A DNA stretch of 64,000 bases from Escherichia phage vB_EcoM_IME392: the sequence record MH719082.1, one strand, 5' to 3'. Numbering within the stretch: position 1 is the first letter of the stretch; each line of letters begins with the position of its first letter. Both the position numbers and the translations under genes were made by a program. The notes beneath the pieces were generated by a model. It was given only the letters and a program-made list of their open reading frames with translations, searched no databases and had not been told where the DNA came from. Below, in pieces: positions 43,944 to 54,537 of the stretch.

Positions 43944-46802
43944 ATGGTTAGCATAGTTAGAGGCATATCTGGGATTGCTCGTACAGAAGCTACCGATCCG
44001 ATTAAGGATGCCTCTGATTACGAGCATGCCAGGTCTAAATTGGAAGAAGATCTTATCGGGATCCGTTCTACGGTTAAGATACTCTCCAGCAACGATGTAG
44101 ATGTAGGTCTTAGCTCCGATGAAGTTAAGACCCTGAATACACTGATGGGTAAGTTTTACGGCAGGGCTAAGTTCTCTACCCAGGAAGCTGAGCAGCTGAT
44201 CTCCTTAAGAGATAAAGTCGGCCAGGTTGCGGATATGTACGCTACTGCCGAGGATCAAAAGGCCATCGCTGCGGAATCTTTACTCGACACCTATCAGTCA
44301 ATATTAAATGACTCTAGACTTACTCGTGGCGTCCGTATGACTGCTATGAGAGAACTGAGTGGGTTACTTCGGGTACTTAACGTATCCAATTCCTCACTTA
44401 GTACTATCAATATGCGGAAGAATAACCGCATCATTGAGCAAGCTAGAGCTGAGTTAGCCAATCAGAACGTAAAGATTAAATATTCTGATACGGTAAAGGT
44501 TGCTAACTTAACGAACAGGAGTAAGGATGAGAGGGATACTCTTGACAGATTTAACATACGTCAAACTGGCCGTAATTTAAGGGATTCGTTCCTTAATACC
44601 CCATCGCAGTTTTCCGTAGGTTCTGTCCGCAAGGAAGCACTCTCATCAGGTCTAGGTGCCTTAGGTTTAGGGGACCTGGATAGTGTATTCGGTATATCTG
44701 ATAAATTGGATGGTGCCATATCATCCATGTTCCGTAAAAGGAAAGATGAACCGGATACTACTGACGAAGAATTAAAGGCCATATCTCGAGAGATTCTTAA
44801 ATCAGAAAATAAACCCGATGGAGAATCTTCCACTGAGGCCTCTGCTAAAGTCGACGGTAAAGAGGCTAAGGTCGAGATTACTACTCCAGATGCTACTGTA
44901 AATCCAAAACCCAGTTTCGGACCTACTCCAGAAGAGGAGCAGAATCAGAAGCTGGACGAGATTAACAACAGCATTCGAGAGTTAATTAATGAGACTAGGT
45001 CTGGCCAGGACGAACTGTCCCGTAAGCAGACTCAGTTAATTAATGGTCAGTCTACTTTGGTGGATATCGATGAGCAACTGGTATCGGTAACCAGAGCTAA
45101 TGGAAGAGCTAACCATGAAGAAATTGATCCTTTCGCTAACGAACAGAAGCAGGGTGCTGCTGATTCTATCTTTGATGATCTTATCGGTGGTGGCGATGAG
45201 CGTGGCCGCAGAGGTAGAAGAGGTAGGGGAAGAAGAGGCAGGACTCGTCTCGGTCGTGGACTCAGCAGGTTCGGTAGACTCGGCAGGATGGCAGGCAGAG
45301 CAGTCGACGCAGCTGCCACCGGAGGACTTGCGAGAGGTGCTGCTCGTGGAGGTGGTGCGCTTCTGAGAGCTGGCCTTAAGGGAGCTAAGTTCATCCCAGG
45401 AATCGGGTTAGCCGTAACTGCTGGTATGGGAGTTTATGATGCTGTCTCTGGATGGGATGGAGATAAGGCTAAGGAACTATTCGGTAGTGACGATAACTGG
45501 GCTAAGGCTGGCTCATCTGCAGCCTCACTATCCTCTGGGTTAACTTTAGGGTTAGCATCTCCAGAGGATGTAGTGAATGTCGCTAAGTCTGCTGTAGATA
45601 CTGTACAGAAGACATACGAAGGTGCGGTTAATATTGCAAATAACCTAACGGCGTCATTCTCAGGGATGTATAAGAATGCGTCCGACTGGCTTTCCAAGTC
45701 CGTCTCCGATACATCTAAGTGGTTCTCCGATAGTTACGACTCAGTAACCAAGTCCATAACCGGAGAAATCAGTGAATTATCTAACTTGGTTACAGAATTT
45801 ATAAATGATCCTATGAAGTCTATAGGTGAAGGTATTGGTGGCCTATTTGATTGGCTATCAGACCTACCGGTAGTCGGTGACTTCTTTAAAGGACTTAAGA
45901 AAGGAGCTGTTGCGGTATCCAATGGGATTATCGGAGCAGGTGCCTCCATAGTTAATGGCGCAAGAGCTGTTGGTGGAATAATATCCAATGGTTATGACAG
46001 TGCTGTTGATGCCGGTGGTAGTATCCTACAGTCCGCTATGCAGAATGCCTCTCGATACCTCCCAAGCTCTAAGGAGCAGACGGAGCGTAAGAACAATCTG
46101 GCAGAGTATGCTAAGCAGCAGGGAATCGACGATAAAGAATTGGCTCTATTCATGGGCCAGGTTCAGCATGAATCTGGTAACTTCCGTTATAATAAAGAAC
46201 TAGCCTCTGGTAAAGCGTACGAGGGTCGTAAAGACCTGGGTAACGTAAATCCTGGGGACGGGGTTCGTTATAAGGGTCGTGGCTGGATACAGCTTACTGG
46301 TAGGGCTAATTACCAGAAATATGGTAAGATGCTGGGTATAGATCTCGAAAATAATCCGGAGATGGCTGAAGATCCTGAAATCGCCAATAAGTTGGCGGTT
46401 GCATATTGGAAAGATCGTGTGCGACCACAGCTGGAGAAGAAAGGATCTACTGTTGAAGTGGCAACTAAGGCAGTCAATGGTGGGTATAATGGGTTAGCAG
46501 ACCGTGCTGCATATACTGCAGAATGGATGAAGAATGGTTCTGATGCTGAGGCATCTAAGTCAGGAGCTACCCAGGTTGCTCAGAACGTACCTCTCGAGGT
46601 CCCTAAAGCTCCTACCCCTACAGACGATGTTAATAAACAACGTCAAGATCAGAATAATCAATTGGCTGCTATGGCTGCTGGTTCCACCAGAAATCAGGAT
46701 CCTGCTGCTATAACTCCTAACGTACCTTCAGTGGTTACGGATAAGAGTGACACTATTGATGACTATGGTCTGGCGTTCTTCAACAAGATGGTGTTCTCAT
46801 AA
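43944..46802 (+). CDS. Tail tape measure protein with C-terminal GH19-like peptidoglycan hydrolase domain
   Basis: 952 aa. N-terminal coiled-coil, central Arg/Gly repeat (GRRGRRGRGRRGRTRLGRG), Gly-rich hydrophobic segment, and C-terminal FMGQVQHESGNF...YKGRGWIQLTGRANY (GH19/lysozyme-like motif). Sits between the tube/chaperone and baseplate genes. Confidence 0.65.
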   Translation: MVSIVRGISGIARTEATDPIKDASDYEHARSKLEEDLIGIRSTVKILSSNDVDVGLSSDEVKTLNTLMGKFYGRAKFSTQEAEQLISLRDKVGQVADMYATAEDQKAIAAESLLDTYQSILNDSRLTRGVRMTAMRELSGLLRVLNVSNSSLSTINMRKNNRIIEQARAELANQNVKIKYSDTVKVANLTNRSKDERDTLDRFNIRQTGRNLRDSFLNTPSQFSVGSVRKEALSSGLGALGLGDLDSVFGISDKLDGAISSMFRKRKDEPDTTDEELKAISREILKSENKPDGESSTEASAKVDGKEAKVEITTPDATVNPKPSFGPTPEEEQNQKLDEINNSIRELINETRSGQDELSRKQTQLINGQSTLVDIDEQLVSVTRANGRANHEEIDPFANEQKQGAADSIFDDLIGGGDERGRRGRRGRGRRGRTRLGRGLSRFGRLGRMAGRAVDAAATGGLARGAARGGGALLRAGLKGAKFIPGIGLAVTAGMGVYDAVSGWDGDKAKELFGSDDNWAKAGSSAASLSSGLTLGLASPEDVVNVAKSAVDTVQKTYEGAVNIANNLTASFSGMYKNASDWLSKSVSDTSKWFSDSYDSVTKSITGEISELSNLVTEFINDPMKSIGEGIGGLFDWLSDLPVVGDFFKGLKKGAVAVSNGIIGAGASIVNGARAVGGIISNGYDSAVDAGGSILQSAMQNASRYLPSSKEQTERKNNLAEYAKQQGIDDKELALFMGQVQHESGNFRYNKELASGKAYEGRKDLGNVNPGDGVRYKGRGWIQLTGRANYQKYGKMLGIDLENNPEMAEDPEIANKLAVAYWKDRVRPQLEKKGSTVEVATKAVNGGYNGLADRAAYTAEWMKNGSDAEASKSGATQVAQNVPLEVPKAPTPTDDVNKQRQDQNNQLAAMAAGSTRNQDPAAITPNVPSVVTDKSDTIDDYGLAFFNKMVFS

Positions 46803-47437
46803 TGGCAGTATTAGACATCGAGAAGCTATACGCGAATCCAGATGCTAGAATTGTCTTAGTCCATCCTGGTAACAAGTCCCGTACTGTAGGTCTTATAGAG
46901 ACGGATTTCGGATTCGATATTTCGTCTCTGTTTGAATCTGGTGAAAACTTGATGGCTGGTACCTTAACGCGAGGTGCTAACGCGGTAGCTAATACCGTGG
47001 GTATGGATCAGATGGTTATACGAAATATTCGTGAAACTATCGCTCAGTGGCGAGGAAGTACCAAACCAGTATTTCCAGTGCCTCTGACAATTATCTCATA
47101 CAATCCATCCATCAGACCTTTGGACATAGTTAAAGAGTTCCTGGCTGGGGTAACATACACTACCAAGAACGGACTTATGTTCGGAGCTCCTAATGGGTAC
47201 TCTGTAACCAAGGCGACTGGTAATTTCAATCCGGATACCGCTATAACAGGTACATGGACTCTGCAGATCGGCCAGTGGTTCAGGGCAACTAGCCTTATAC
47301 TCGTGAACGTGTCGACTCAGTACAGCAAGGAAATAGCTCGCTCTACTGGTCAGCCGTTATGGGCTAAGGTGCAACTGTCCTTCACCCCAGCATATCTGCC
47401 GGATGAGGATCATGTAAGATCCTGGTTTATTAAATAG
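46802..47437 (+). CDS. Hypothetical tail/baseplate protein
   Basis: 211-aa ORF, ATG overlapping the tape-measure stop. Confidence 0.4.
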   Translation: MAVLDIEKLYANPDARIVLVHPGNKSRTVGLIETDFGFDISSLFESGENLMAGTLTRGANAVANTVGMDQMVIRNIRETIAQWRGSTKPVFPVPLTIISYNPSIRPLDIVKEFLAGVTYTTKNGLMFGAPNGYSVTKATGNFNPDTAITGTWTLQIGQWFRATSLILVNVSTQYSKEIARSTGQPLWAKVQLSFTPAYLPDEDHVRSWFIK

Positions 47438-47444
47438 GTGACTT

Positions 47445-47822
47445 ATGTTCAAGATAGACTCAGACAAATTGGCTCAGAGGTATGATATCTCTAAATTCAT
47501 GTCTAATGAGAATGGGTCTATCTTGGACTCTGTTGATTCTGAATTTATGTACAAACTGAAGAATCTTTCTCGGTATGGTACATATACAGTGATCTCAGAA
47601 GTGGGTAGACCCGACCTACTCTCAGAACGAATCTATGGTGCTGGATTGACTCAGTACTGGTGGATTCTTATGATGGTGAATGAGTTGCGGTTCCCATGGG
47701 ACTTAACCATGAACTTAGTTCTGAGATATCCACTGATTGACGATCTGGAAGATATTTACTTCTCGCTGACTCCAGATGTGTCATCTGTCTCCGCTACTGC
47801 TAAAGTGGAGAGCTTATCATGA
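47445..47822 (+). CDS. Tail protein X-like (LysM-like domain)
   Basis: 125 aa. YTVISEVGRPDLLSERIYGAGLTQYWWILMMVNELRFPWDLTMNLVLRYP resembles the LysM-type pattern of P2 gpX-like proteins. Confidence 0.45.
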   Translation: MFKIDSDKLAQRYDISKFMSNENGSILDSVDSEFMYKLKNLSRYGTYTVISEVGRPDLLSERIYGAGLTQYWWILMMVNELRFPWDLTMNLVLRYPLIDDLEDIYFSLTPDVSSVSATAKVESLS

Positions 47823-48943
47823 TAGGTGTAAAAGGTCAATATGTTGCCATGTTTAAGATTGGCGACTTTAAAGACTTCATCGGCCCTAGAGATCTTATCC
47901 AGTTTAAGATCATCGAAGAGGCTGGTAACGTTATGCCTACTTATGAGCTAGTTTTCGAGTGCCGAGATGAGCAAATAGTCTCAGTACTCAAGGAAGGCAA
48001 TTTCATTTATGCCAGTTTCGGTCGTAACGAAGCTAGCATGATTAACGTTAAGTTAGCCATCCTAAAACGTCAGAAAACTAATTTCGGAGTAGGGTCTCAA
48101 ATCCTCAGAGTACTGGGAGTCTTCGGAGCTGTTCCGTACAGAATAGATTCCCAGGCAGCAAGTCATACTGGTACCTCAATAGAGGTGATGAAGTCTATAG
48201 TCTCTAAGTATTTTAAGGCAGACTTCAATTGCCCAGCATCTGATAACAAGATGAACTGGCTGCAGAATAACATTAACGATCGAGATTTCGTTAACCAGTT
48301 ATGGCTTCACAGTAATTTAAACTCCGATACTCCATTGGTAGGTATTACTACTGATGGTTTGTTTAGGGTCCGGTCTATCTCTACAGCAGTGGACAGGAAT
48401 AATCCTAACTGGAAGTTAACTTCCCTAGAGACCAAAGATGCCGGTGCTATTTATTACGATAAGCCACCTAACATCTATAGCGATTCAGGAGCAGTAAATG
48501 CTCTTGGTGGCTATGCCAAATCCAGGATTGTTCACAATCAGAGCGACAATCAGTCGTTCTACTCCACTCCTCAGGGATCCCCTATCCTATCAGTATCGAG
48601 TAATCAGGAAGTCTCGGATACGGGACGGCGTCTGGGAGGAGTGTCCATCCTTAATGAGAATGTACATTCTTCCTACCATTCGTCCTTCGATTACAACATC
48701 CGAAACCTCCTCCGATTATCCATGATGAAAGCCAAGGTCGAGATTACTGGGTATTATTTCAATATCAGAGTTCTCGATTCTGTGTTACTTAAAGAAGACT
48801 CTGATGCTCGTCGTAAGGAAGCCAATATGGATTCGTCAGGTCTTTGGCTAACCCAGAAGGTGTGCAGGATCTTCACTAACAAAGACTTATGTACCGTCCT
48901 TACGTTATGCAGAGATGGGATGAATAATTCCAGAGAGGTTTAA
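47819..48943 (+). CDS. Baseplate hub protein (gpD/Mu gp44-like, putative)
   Basis: 374 aa, directly upstream of the spike, W and J homologues; assigned by position and size. Confidence 0.4.
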   Translation: MIGVKGQYVAMFKIGDFKDFIGPRDLIQFKIIEEAGNVMPTYELVFECRDEQIVSVLKEGNFIYASFGRNEASMINVKLAILKRQKTNFGVGSQILRVLGVFGAVPYRIDSQAASHTGTSIEVMKSIVSKYFKADFNCPASDNKMNWLQNNINDRDFVNQLWLHSNLNSDTPLVGITTDGLFRVRSISTAVDRNNPNWKLTSLETKDAGAIYYDKPPNIYSDSGAVNALGGYAKSRIVHNQSDNQSFYSTPQGSPILSVSSNQEVSDTGRRLGGVSILNENVHSSYHSSFDYNIRNLLRLSMMKAKVEITGYYFNIRVLDSVLLKEDSDARRKEANMDSSGLWLTQKVCRIFTNKDLCTVLTLCRDGMNNSREV

Positions 48944-48945
48944 GT

Positions 48946-49605
48946 ATGATAAATATTATAGACCTCATGCGTAATGGTCAGGATCCTCTGAAGGCCATCC
49001 ATAAGGGAGTAGTCGTTGATAATAACGACCCTGCCCAAAAATGCAGAGTAAAGGTTAGGGTTCCTGGGGTACTCGATGGTGATGGTATCCCATGGGCCAT
49101 TCCTATTGCATCTGCATTCCTGGGGGATGGGGAATCTGACCGTGTGGAAATACCAGAAGTAGGTACCGAGGTATCTGTCTCGTTCCCCACAGGAGATCAG
49201 CATTTCCCATTCTACACTGGGAGATGGCACTCTAAGGAAGTCCCGGAAGAGTTTAAAGAGAATTATCCCAATAGGTACGGATTTAAGGATTCTACCGGCA
49301 CTGTATTCTATATAGATAAAGTGTCTAAGGAAGTTCATTTTAAGCACTGTTCTGGATTTCAGTTCGATATTGACCAAGAGGCTAATTTTACTCTCACCAC
49401 CCCAGGAGGAGGTAAGGTCGATATCGCTAAAGCTCTGGAGATAATCGCCAAAGAGCATATCAAACTGGATACTCCTCTTGTCGATGGAACAGGAGAGATC
49501 AAGGACAAGGTTCGCAAGATGTCGGAAGATCGCGCTATCTACAACGGTCACGATCATGTTGGCGATAGTGGTGGTAGTACATCTCCGCCTAACTCTAAAC
49601 AGTAG
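48946..49605 (+). CDS. Baseplate central spike protein (gpV/Mu gp45-like)
   Basis: 219 aa. N-terminal OB-fold-like pattern GVVVDNNDPAQKCRVKVRVPGVLDGDGIPWAIPI...VGTEVSVSFPTGDQHFPFYTG, typical of gpV-type spike proteins. Confidence 0.6.
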   Translation: MINIIDLMRNGQDPLKAIHKGVVVDNNDPAQKCRVKVRVPGVLDGDGIPWAIPIASAFLGDGESDRVEIPEVGTEVSVSFPTGDQHFPFYTGRWHSKEVPEEFKENYPNRYGFKDSTGTVFYIDKVSKEVHFKHCSGFQFDIDQEANFTLTTPGGGKVDIAKALEIIAKEHIKLDTPLVDGTGEIKDKVRKMSEDRAIYNGHDHVGDSGGSTSPPNSKQ

Positions 49606-49609
49606 GTTC

Positions 49610-49981
49610 ATGATGGTTCAGCCAATTTATCGAGATATAGACCAGACCCTTAAGCGTAACTCGCTTAAGGATGGTGATGCAGTATTTCAGGCCATAGTTA
49701 ATGTACTGAAGACTCGCAAAGGTACCAGAATGTTTAATATGGAGTTTGGTTCTAATCTCGAAGATATCATCATGGAACCATGCGACGATATCACTGGTCT
49801 GCAAGTTTATGCAGAGGTGGTCGACGCTGTTACGAGATGGGAGCCAAGAGCCCTGTTAGACCGAGGTAAAACTAAGGTTACTCCTGATCCGGATAATCAC
49901 ATATTCTGGGTAGACTTATGGTTCTCTGTCAAAGGAATCGATGGTCAAGAATTTAACTACGAGGTGGGTCTGAAACGATGA
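49610..49981 (+). CDS. Baseplate wedge protein (gpW/gp25-like)
   Basis: ORF track 49478..49981; ATG at 49610 gives about 123 aa with NMEFGSNLEDIIMEP and AVTRWEPRA, as in gp25/gpW-family proteins. Confidence 0.6.
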   Translation: MMVQPIYRDIDQTLKRNSLKDGDAVFQAIVNVLKTRKGTRMFNMEFGSNLEDIIMEPCDDITGLQVYAEVVDAVTRWEPRALLDRGKTKVTPDPDNHIFWVDLWFSVKGIDGQEFNYEVGLKR

Positions 49982-51351
49982 ACATAATTCAAGATTCCTC
50001 TCTATCCTTCGACCAGATCAGAACGGATTTAGAGAACTATATTAAGTCTCTTCCAGATTATGAGACTAAGTGGAAGGACTTCTACGAGGCTGGTGCTGGC
50101 GAAACAGTACTTAATACTGGTGCTGGTATCACTGCATTCTTAGCTTACGCTGCCTACATGAACCGCCGAGATTCGTTACTGGATTTCGGCAATATGACCT
50201 CGACCATCGTGTCTATTGGGTCTGCATTAGGTTACGTGTATAATCGTAAATCTGCTCCTCTTCTCCAGATTACGTTTACATCCACTGAGCAAGTTTACTG
50301 GGATAAGGAAGATCCTATCGGTAACTACATGGGTCGTTCTCTGGTTCTCACCAACTCCACCCAAATAGAAGTTGGCGTGAACACCATTGTGGTTGCTATA
50401 GGTGATTGGGTCTCTCAGGAGATAACCATCACTGATGCTAAGGATTTTAAAGGTATCAACGTACCTATTCAGCCTGATAATAATCTGGTTAACCTGTATA
50501 TCGATGGAGAGAAGATCTCCTACACCACAGCTGCGGAAGATATGGATTCGGACAATGTCCTAATTCGTTCTTACTTCTCGGGAATATTCATTATCTTCGG
50601 GAACGGGTCACTGGGCAGGAAGGCTGCTGTTAACCAGGTACTTAAGATAGAGTACGTTGCTCCCGCTGATAAACTAGATGGGTTAACTCTGGATCCTACC
50701 AAGATTCAGTTATACGTTGAAAATACGAGTAACTCATCTGAAGTTAAATACCCTGGGTCAGACCCTGATAGTCCTGAGAAGATCGTTGCTATTGCTCCTG
50801 GTTATTATTCAGCCAAGAGACGTCTGGTTACTCTGGACGATTACGCTTCGATAGGTGCTTCTTATCAGGGTGTGGTAAGTGCTAACGCTGCTCTTCCGAC
50901 TACTTCTTGCTGCTCGGTTAACGTCTCGTACCTACGAGCCGATGAATTAACCATGAATGATGCTATGAAGGCAGATTTCGAGAAGTATATGCTGCAGTAC
51001 GCCATGCTGGGTTCTAACATAAATGTTATAGACCCTATCAGGATCATGGTCGATGTTAAGATGCGAGTGGTTATTGACTCCGGAGCTGATACGGATGCCA
51101 TTACCAAGAAGATTCGTGAAACCATAAATAAAAAGTGCATGACTAACGGTGCATTCTTTACGGTTAACGATATGACTCTGCCAGAGTCTCTTCGCGTTAG
51201 ACGTATCTACATTAAGCAGCCTATTCTTGACCGACAGGCTAAGTACAATGAGTACTATAAGCTCCGCAAACTGGAGATCAGTTATACGGAAGATCGGACT
51301 CTGGTAGATTCCGGAGGCACAGATAAGAATGCGGGGTATGAGTATGGCTAA
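49978..51351 (+). CDS. Baseplate protein J-like (gpJ/gp6-like)
   Basis: 457 aa, ATGA overlap with the W-like gene; position and size fit the V-W-J-I module. Confidence 0.5.
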   Translation: MNIIQDSSLSFDQIRTDLENYIKSLPDYETKWKDFYEAGAGETVLNTGAGITAFLAYAAYMNRRDSLLDFGNMTSTIVSIGSALGYVYNRKSAPLLQITFTSTEQVYWDKEDPIGNYMGRSLVLTNSTQIEVGVNTIVVAIGDWVSQEITITDAKDFKGINVPIQPDNNLVNLYIDGEKISYTTAAEDMDSDNVLIRSYFSGIFIIFGNGSLGRKAAVNQVLKIEYVAPADKLDGLTLDPTKIQLYVENTSNSSEVKYPGSDPDSPEKIVAIAPGYYSAKRRLVTLDDYASIGASYQGVVSANAALPTTSCCSVNVSYLRADELTMNDAMKADFEKYMLQYAMLGSNINVIDPIRIMVDVKMRVVIDSGADTDAITKKIRETINKKCMTNGAFFTVNDMTLPESLRVRRIYIKQPILDRQAKYNEYYKLRKLEISYTEDRTLVDSGGTDKNAGYEYG

Positions 51352-52822
51352 GTTCAACACTCTAGATTACTTCTCTCCTAACCTTAGAGGGAACGAGTTA
51401 TATAAGTTCTTCTCGCAGGTGCTGGATCATGGTCTAGAGACTGTTGTCTTTCCGGAGATGGATAAAAATACGGCGATTTATGATCCTAGTAAACCGTCTT
51501 ATGATCCGATTTATATCCTGGAGCTACTGGGTCAACCAGACTTAGCAGATCTCATAACTACCGAGGTAGACCAGAACTCAGTATCTGTACTCCTCCCAAG
51601 TATCCTTGATAACAAGGGTATGAAGGATGGGGTTGATCTTATCTTTAAGCTGATAAATGTAGAGATAGAAGAGATATTGTATCAGAAGACTCCGGAAGGC
51701 TGCTCACTGGCAACCATCCTGCTTCCTAAGAACGTGATCTTGTCTACTCGGCAGATTAAGCTAATTGATCGTCTGTCGCGTAAGGTATTTCCGATATGCG
51801 TAAGACTTACCGGTATCGCTAACTGTCTTCCAGATGGCGTTGAATCTCTCGGAAGCGCCTCCTTGGACACCAGTTGGTTGCTAGACACATCAATCCTGGA
51901 TGGTTCAGTAGGTATACGAGTCCCAGATATTTCGGATACTCTATGGCTGCGATTCTGTCTCGATATTATGTCGGAGATGGAAGTACCTCTTGAAGTGTTG
52001 ATTGATCGCTTCTCGGATCGTCTGATGAACTCTTATCTGACTGTATTCGATAGGAGAACTATCAAGCTAGATAATGGTCTTATTCTGGATATGGGTACAT
52101 ACTTAGATCTCCAGAATACCGACACTGCTCACAGCAGACTCTATAGCTCATTGGCTAAGTTTAATGTAGATTTAAGCGCCGATTCCAGAACTACTGAGAT
52201 TGAGTCCTTACTGGACTTATCAGACTTGGTAGCTGGGTTGGAGTTTAAGTCCTCTATGCTGCGTGAGATCTTCCTGTTCTTGGATATCGACCTCTCAGAG
52301 TTCGGATTCCAGAATTACATGGATAGGAAGATAGAGCACTTATCCAAGGGGATAGAGCAAGTAAATTATGGATATGAGGGTGGTAATTACGCTGATGGTT
52401 ACGATTTAACTAACTATCAGGGTTTCGAATACGAGAACTTATACGTAATCCAATCTCATCGTGATGGCCAAACTCAGCGTAGCGGGACGGCTTATTACGG
52501 ATTGCCGGAAATAGACTGGCTACACTTCGAAGGTATGGACTTCATTAATGGGTCTTACCTGCTGGATGGTACTCGTTATCTTCACCAGGAGTTCATTAAA
52601 AAGATCAAAGTGTACGATTGGTATACTCATTGGTCTAGCTACCGAGAAGCTATGTTCCTAACCACTCATAAGACCGAAAGACTCTTAGAGAAACGGGATG
52701 GGACTATTCTCCATGACGGAACTTATAATCGCGGTGAGAAAGTAACTCGTTACGGATTCGAACCTCTGTACAACGACGTTATTAGTCACGATGATACTTA
52801 CTATCGCGATGCCAATCTATAG
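51329..52822 (+). CDS. Baseplate/tail protein (gpI-like position; possible fibre-attachment protein)
   Basis: 497-aa ORF following the J-like gene; true start may be the ATG at 51344. Confidence 0.4.
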   Translation: MRGMSMAKFNTLDYFSPNLRGNELYKFFSQVLDHGLETVVFPEMDKNTAIYDPSKPSYDPIYILELLGQPDLADLITTEVDQNSVSVLLPSILDNKGMKDGVDLIFKLINVEIEEILYQKTPEGCSLATILLPKNVILSTRQIKLIDRLSRKVFPICVRLTGIANCLPDGVESLGSASLDTSWLLDTSILDGSVGIRVPDISDTLWLRFCLDIMSEMEVPLEVLIDRFSDRLMNSYLTVFDRRTIKLDNGLILDMGTYLDLQNTDTAHSRLYSSLAKFNVDLSADSRTTEIESLLDLSDLVAGLEFKSSMLREIFLFLDIDLSEFGFQNYMDRKIEHLSKGIEQVNYGYEGGNYADGYDLTNYQGFEYENLYVIQSHRDGQTQRSGTAYYGLPEIDWLHFEGMDFINGSYLLDGTRYLHQEFIKKIKVYDWYTHWSSYREAMFLTTHKTERLLEKRDGTILHDGTYNRGEKVTRYGFEPLYNDVISHDDTYYRDANL

Positions 52823-52830
52823 GTGATTAG

Positions 52831-53598
52831 ATGAGCAATTATACTGGGGCATTTAACTTTCATGCTCAGGTGTACCAATTTGAAGAAAGTGATGTGGTTA
52901 AAGGTGGCCCGGACGGCATTGATAACGTGCCTCTTACCCAGCTGTCAGATCGTACGTTTTATCTTAAGGCTCTTGCTGACTTTACATTCCTTAAGCTATT
53001 CAATCTTAATCCTCTCGGCTCGTTCAAACAAGGATTCCAGATTAACGTGGCTGGGTATGCGGTCTTCGACGAGGCCTCCGGTAAGTGGTTTAAGTGGACA
53101 GGATCTCTACCTAAAGTAGTGGTTAAGTCTTCTAAGCCAGAAACTACTGGAGGTATCTATGATCCAACCACCAATCCGAGCGGTAAGTGGGTGGCTATTG
53201 ACTTCAGTGTTCTAGACCTTGGCGCTGGGGTTAAGATCCCTACAGCAGCTGCTCCTGGTAATCTGTATAGCGGTAAGTACAATCCAGCCTTCGTTAAGAT
53301 TGAGAATGTCTCCAATCTAGACATAGCAGAAGCCATATATACCAGACTAGGGAATGTGGTTACTGTTAATGGCAAGATCACTGCTTCTGCTACCGATGCC
53401 GGAGAAGTAATGAAAATAGGAATTGGCTTACCTATTAACGCTACCTTCTCAGATGACTCAAGCCTCTCAGGAGTTGGCGTTGGTATAGTAGCTGGTCAGA
53501 TTTATGCCGATGTGGACAGTAGTGTGGCTGTTCTTGAGATTAATCAGGGTAGTACAGACGAGCTGTCTCTGAGATACACGTTCTCTTACACTATATAA
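52831..53598 (+). CDS. Tail fibre/adapter protein with shared N-terminal attachment module
   Basis: 255 aa. N-terminal GGPDGIDNVPLTQLSDRTFYL and SGKWFKWTGSLPKVVVKSSKPETTGGIYDP are shared with ORFs 53611, 59505 and 62616. Confidence 0.5.
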   Translation: MSNYTGAFNFHAQVYQFEESDVVKGGPDGIDNVPLTQLSDRTFYLKALADFTFLKLFNLNPLGSFKQGFQINVAGYAVFDEASGKWFKWTGSLPKVVVKSSKPETTGGIYDPTTNPSGKWVAIDFSVLDLGAGVKIPTAAAPGNLYSGKYNPAFVKIENVSNLDIAEAIYTRLGNVVTVNGKITASATDAGEVMKIGIGLPINATFSDDSSLSGVGVGIVAGQIYADVDSSVAVLEINQGSTDELSLRYTFSYTI

Positions 53599-53610
53599 TA
53601 GGATATCGAA

Positions 53611-54528
53611 ATGGGTACTTATCAGGGTAAAAATCAGTACGTAGAGGACATCTATACCTTCGAACGTACTGACAAAGTGTCGGGTGGTGATGACGGTATT
53701 GATAACGTACCCATTAAGAATCTTACCGACAGAACTACATATCTCCGTAGTCTAGCATTGAATTCATTCCTGGATATCTATGGGATTAACCCAGTAGGTA
53801 CTTTCGGGATAGGATTTGATCTCCAGGACTCTGGGGATGGTGTGTATGACGAGGTGTCTGGCAAGTGGTATTACTGGCTAGGCTCCTTCCCCAAATCTGT
53901 TGCCGAGAATTCTTCTCCGGAAGATACTGGTGGTATCTTCGACCCAGAAAGTAATCCAGATGGATTATGGACTGAGGTAATTCCGGTAAACCAGCGTCAG
54001 GTAGATATGGCTGCTCGGGCATTCCGAGTTAAGACCGAAGAAGTCCAGTTCATGAAAGTAGGTCGTCCTCTCGACGGCTTTCGTGTATTGTATGACTTAG
54101 CTTCCCAGGAAGCTTATCGTTTACCTATGGATATCCCTGAAGGATCAACTATTGTTAGCTTAACAGACGGAGGGTGGCTAGAGCATAGCAATGGCAGGGT
54201 AAACTTATCTGCTTACGCCGTCGAATTAGAAGAGTATAAGTACTTTACCGGAGGCGACTTCAGTACCGGCTTTACTCTACGTCAGAACCACTGCATAGTT
54301 ATGCATGATGGTGTTCTGTATCGCTGGGATGGCGATTTTCCGAAGACCGTAAATGCTAACAGTACTCCAGAATCAGACGGTATTGGTGATGGTAAATGGG
54401 TTCCTGTTAAGACTGGTGCCCTGTATCGCTATGCTACTGTTGCCCAGTTAGATAGTGTTGAGAATGCTCTAACTACTCGCATAAACGAAGTAGAGAGCGC
54501 CGCTTTTGTTAACGCATTACTGTTCTAA
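53611..54528 (+). CDS. Tail fibre/adapter protein (paralogue of 52831..53598)
   Basis: 305 aa. GGDDGIDNVPIKNLTDRTTYL and SGKWYYWLGSFPKSVAENSSPEDTGGIFDP, plus a second copy of the module near the C-terminus (VLYRWDGDFPKTVNANSTPESDGIGDGKWVPV). Confidence 0.5.
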   Translation: MGTYQGKNQYVEDIYTFERTDKVSGGDDGIDNVPIKNLTDRTTYLRSLALNSFLDIYGINPVGTFGIGFDLQDSGDGVYDEVSGKWYYWLGSFPKSVAENSSPEDTGGIFDPESNPDGLWTEVIPVNQRQVDMAARAFRVKTEEVQFMKVGRPLDGFRVLYDLASQEAYRLPMDIPEGSTIVSLTDGGWLEHSNGRVNLSAYAVELEEYKYFTGGDFSTGFTLRQNHCIVMHDGVLYRWDGDFPKTVNANSTPESDGIGDGKWVPVKTGALYRYATVAQLDSVENALTTRINEVESAAFVNALLF

Positions 54529-54537
54529 GGAATACCC

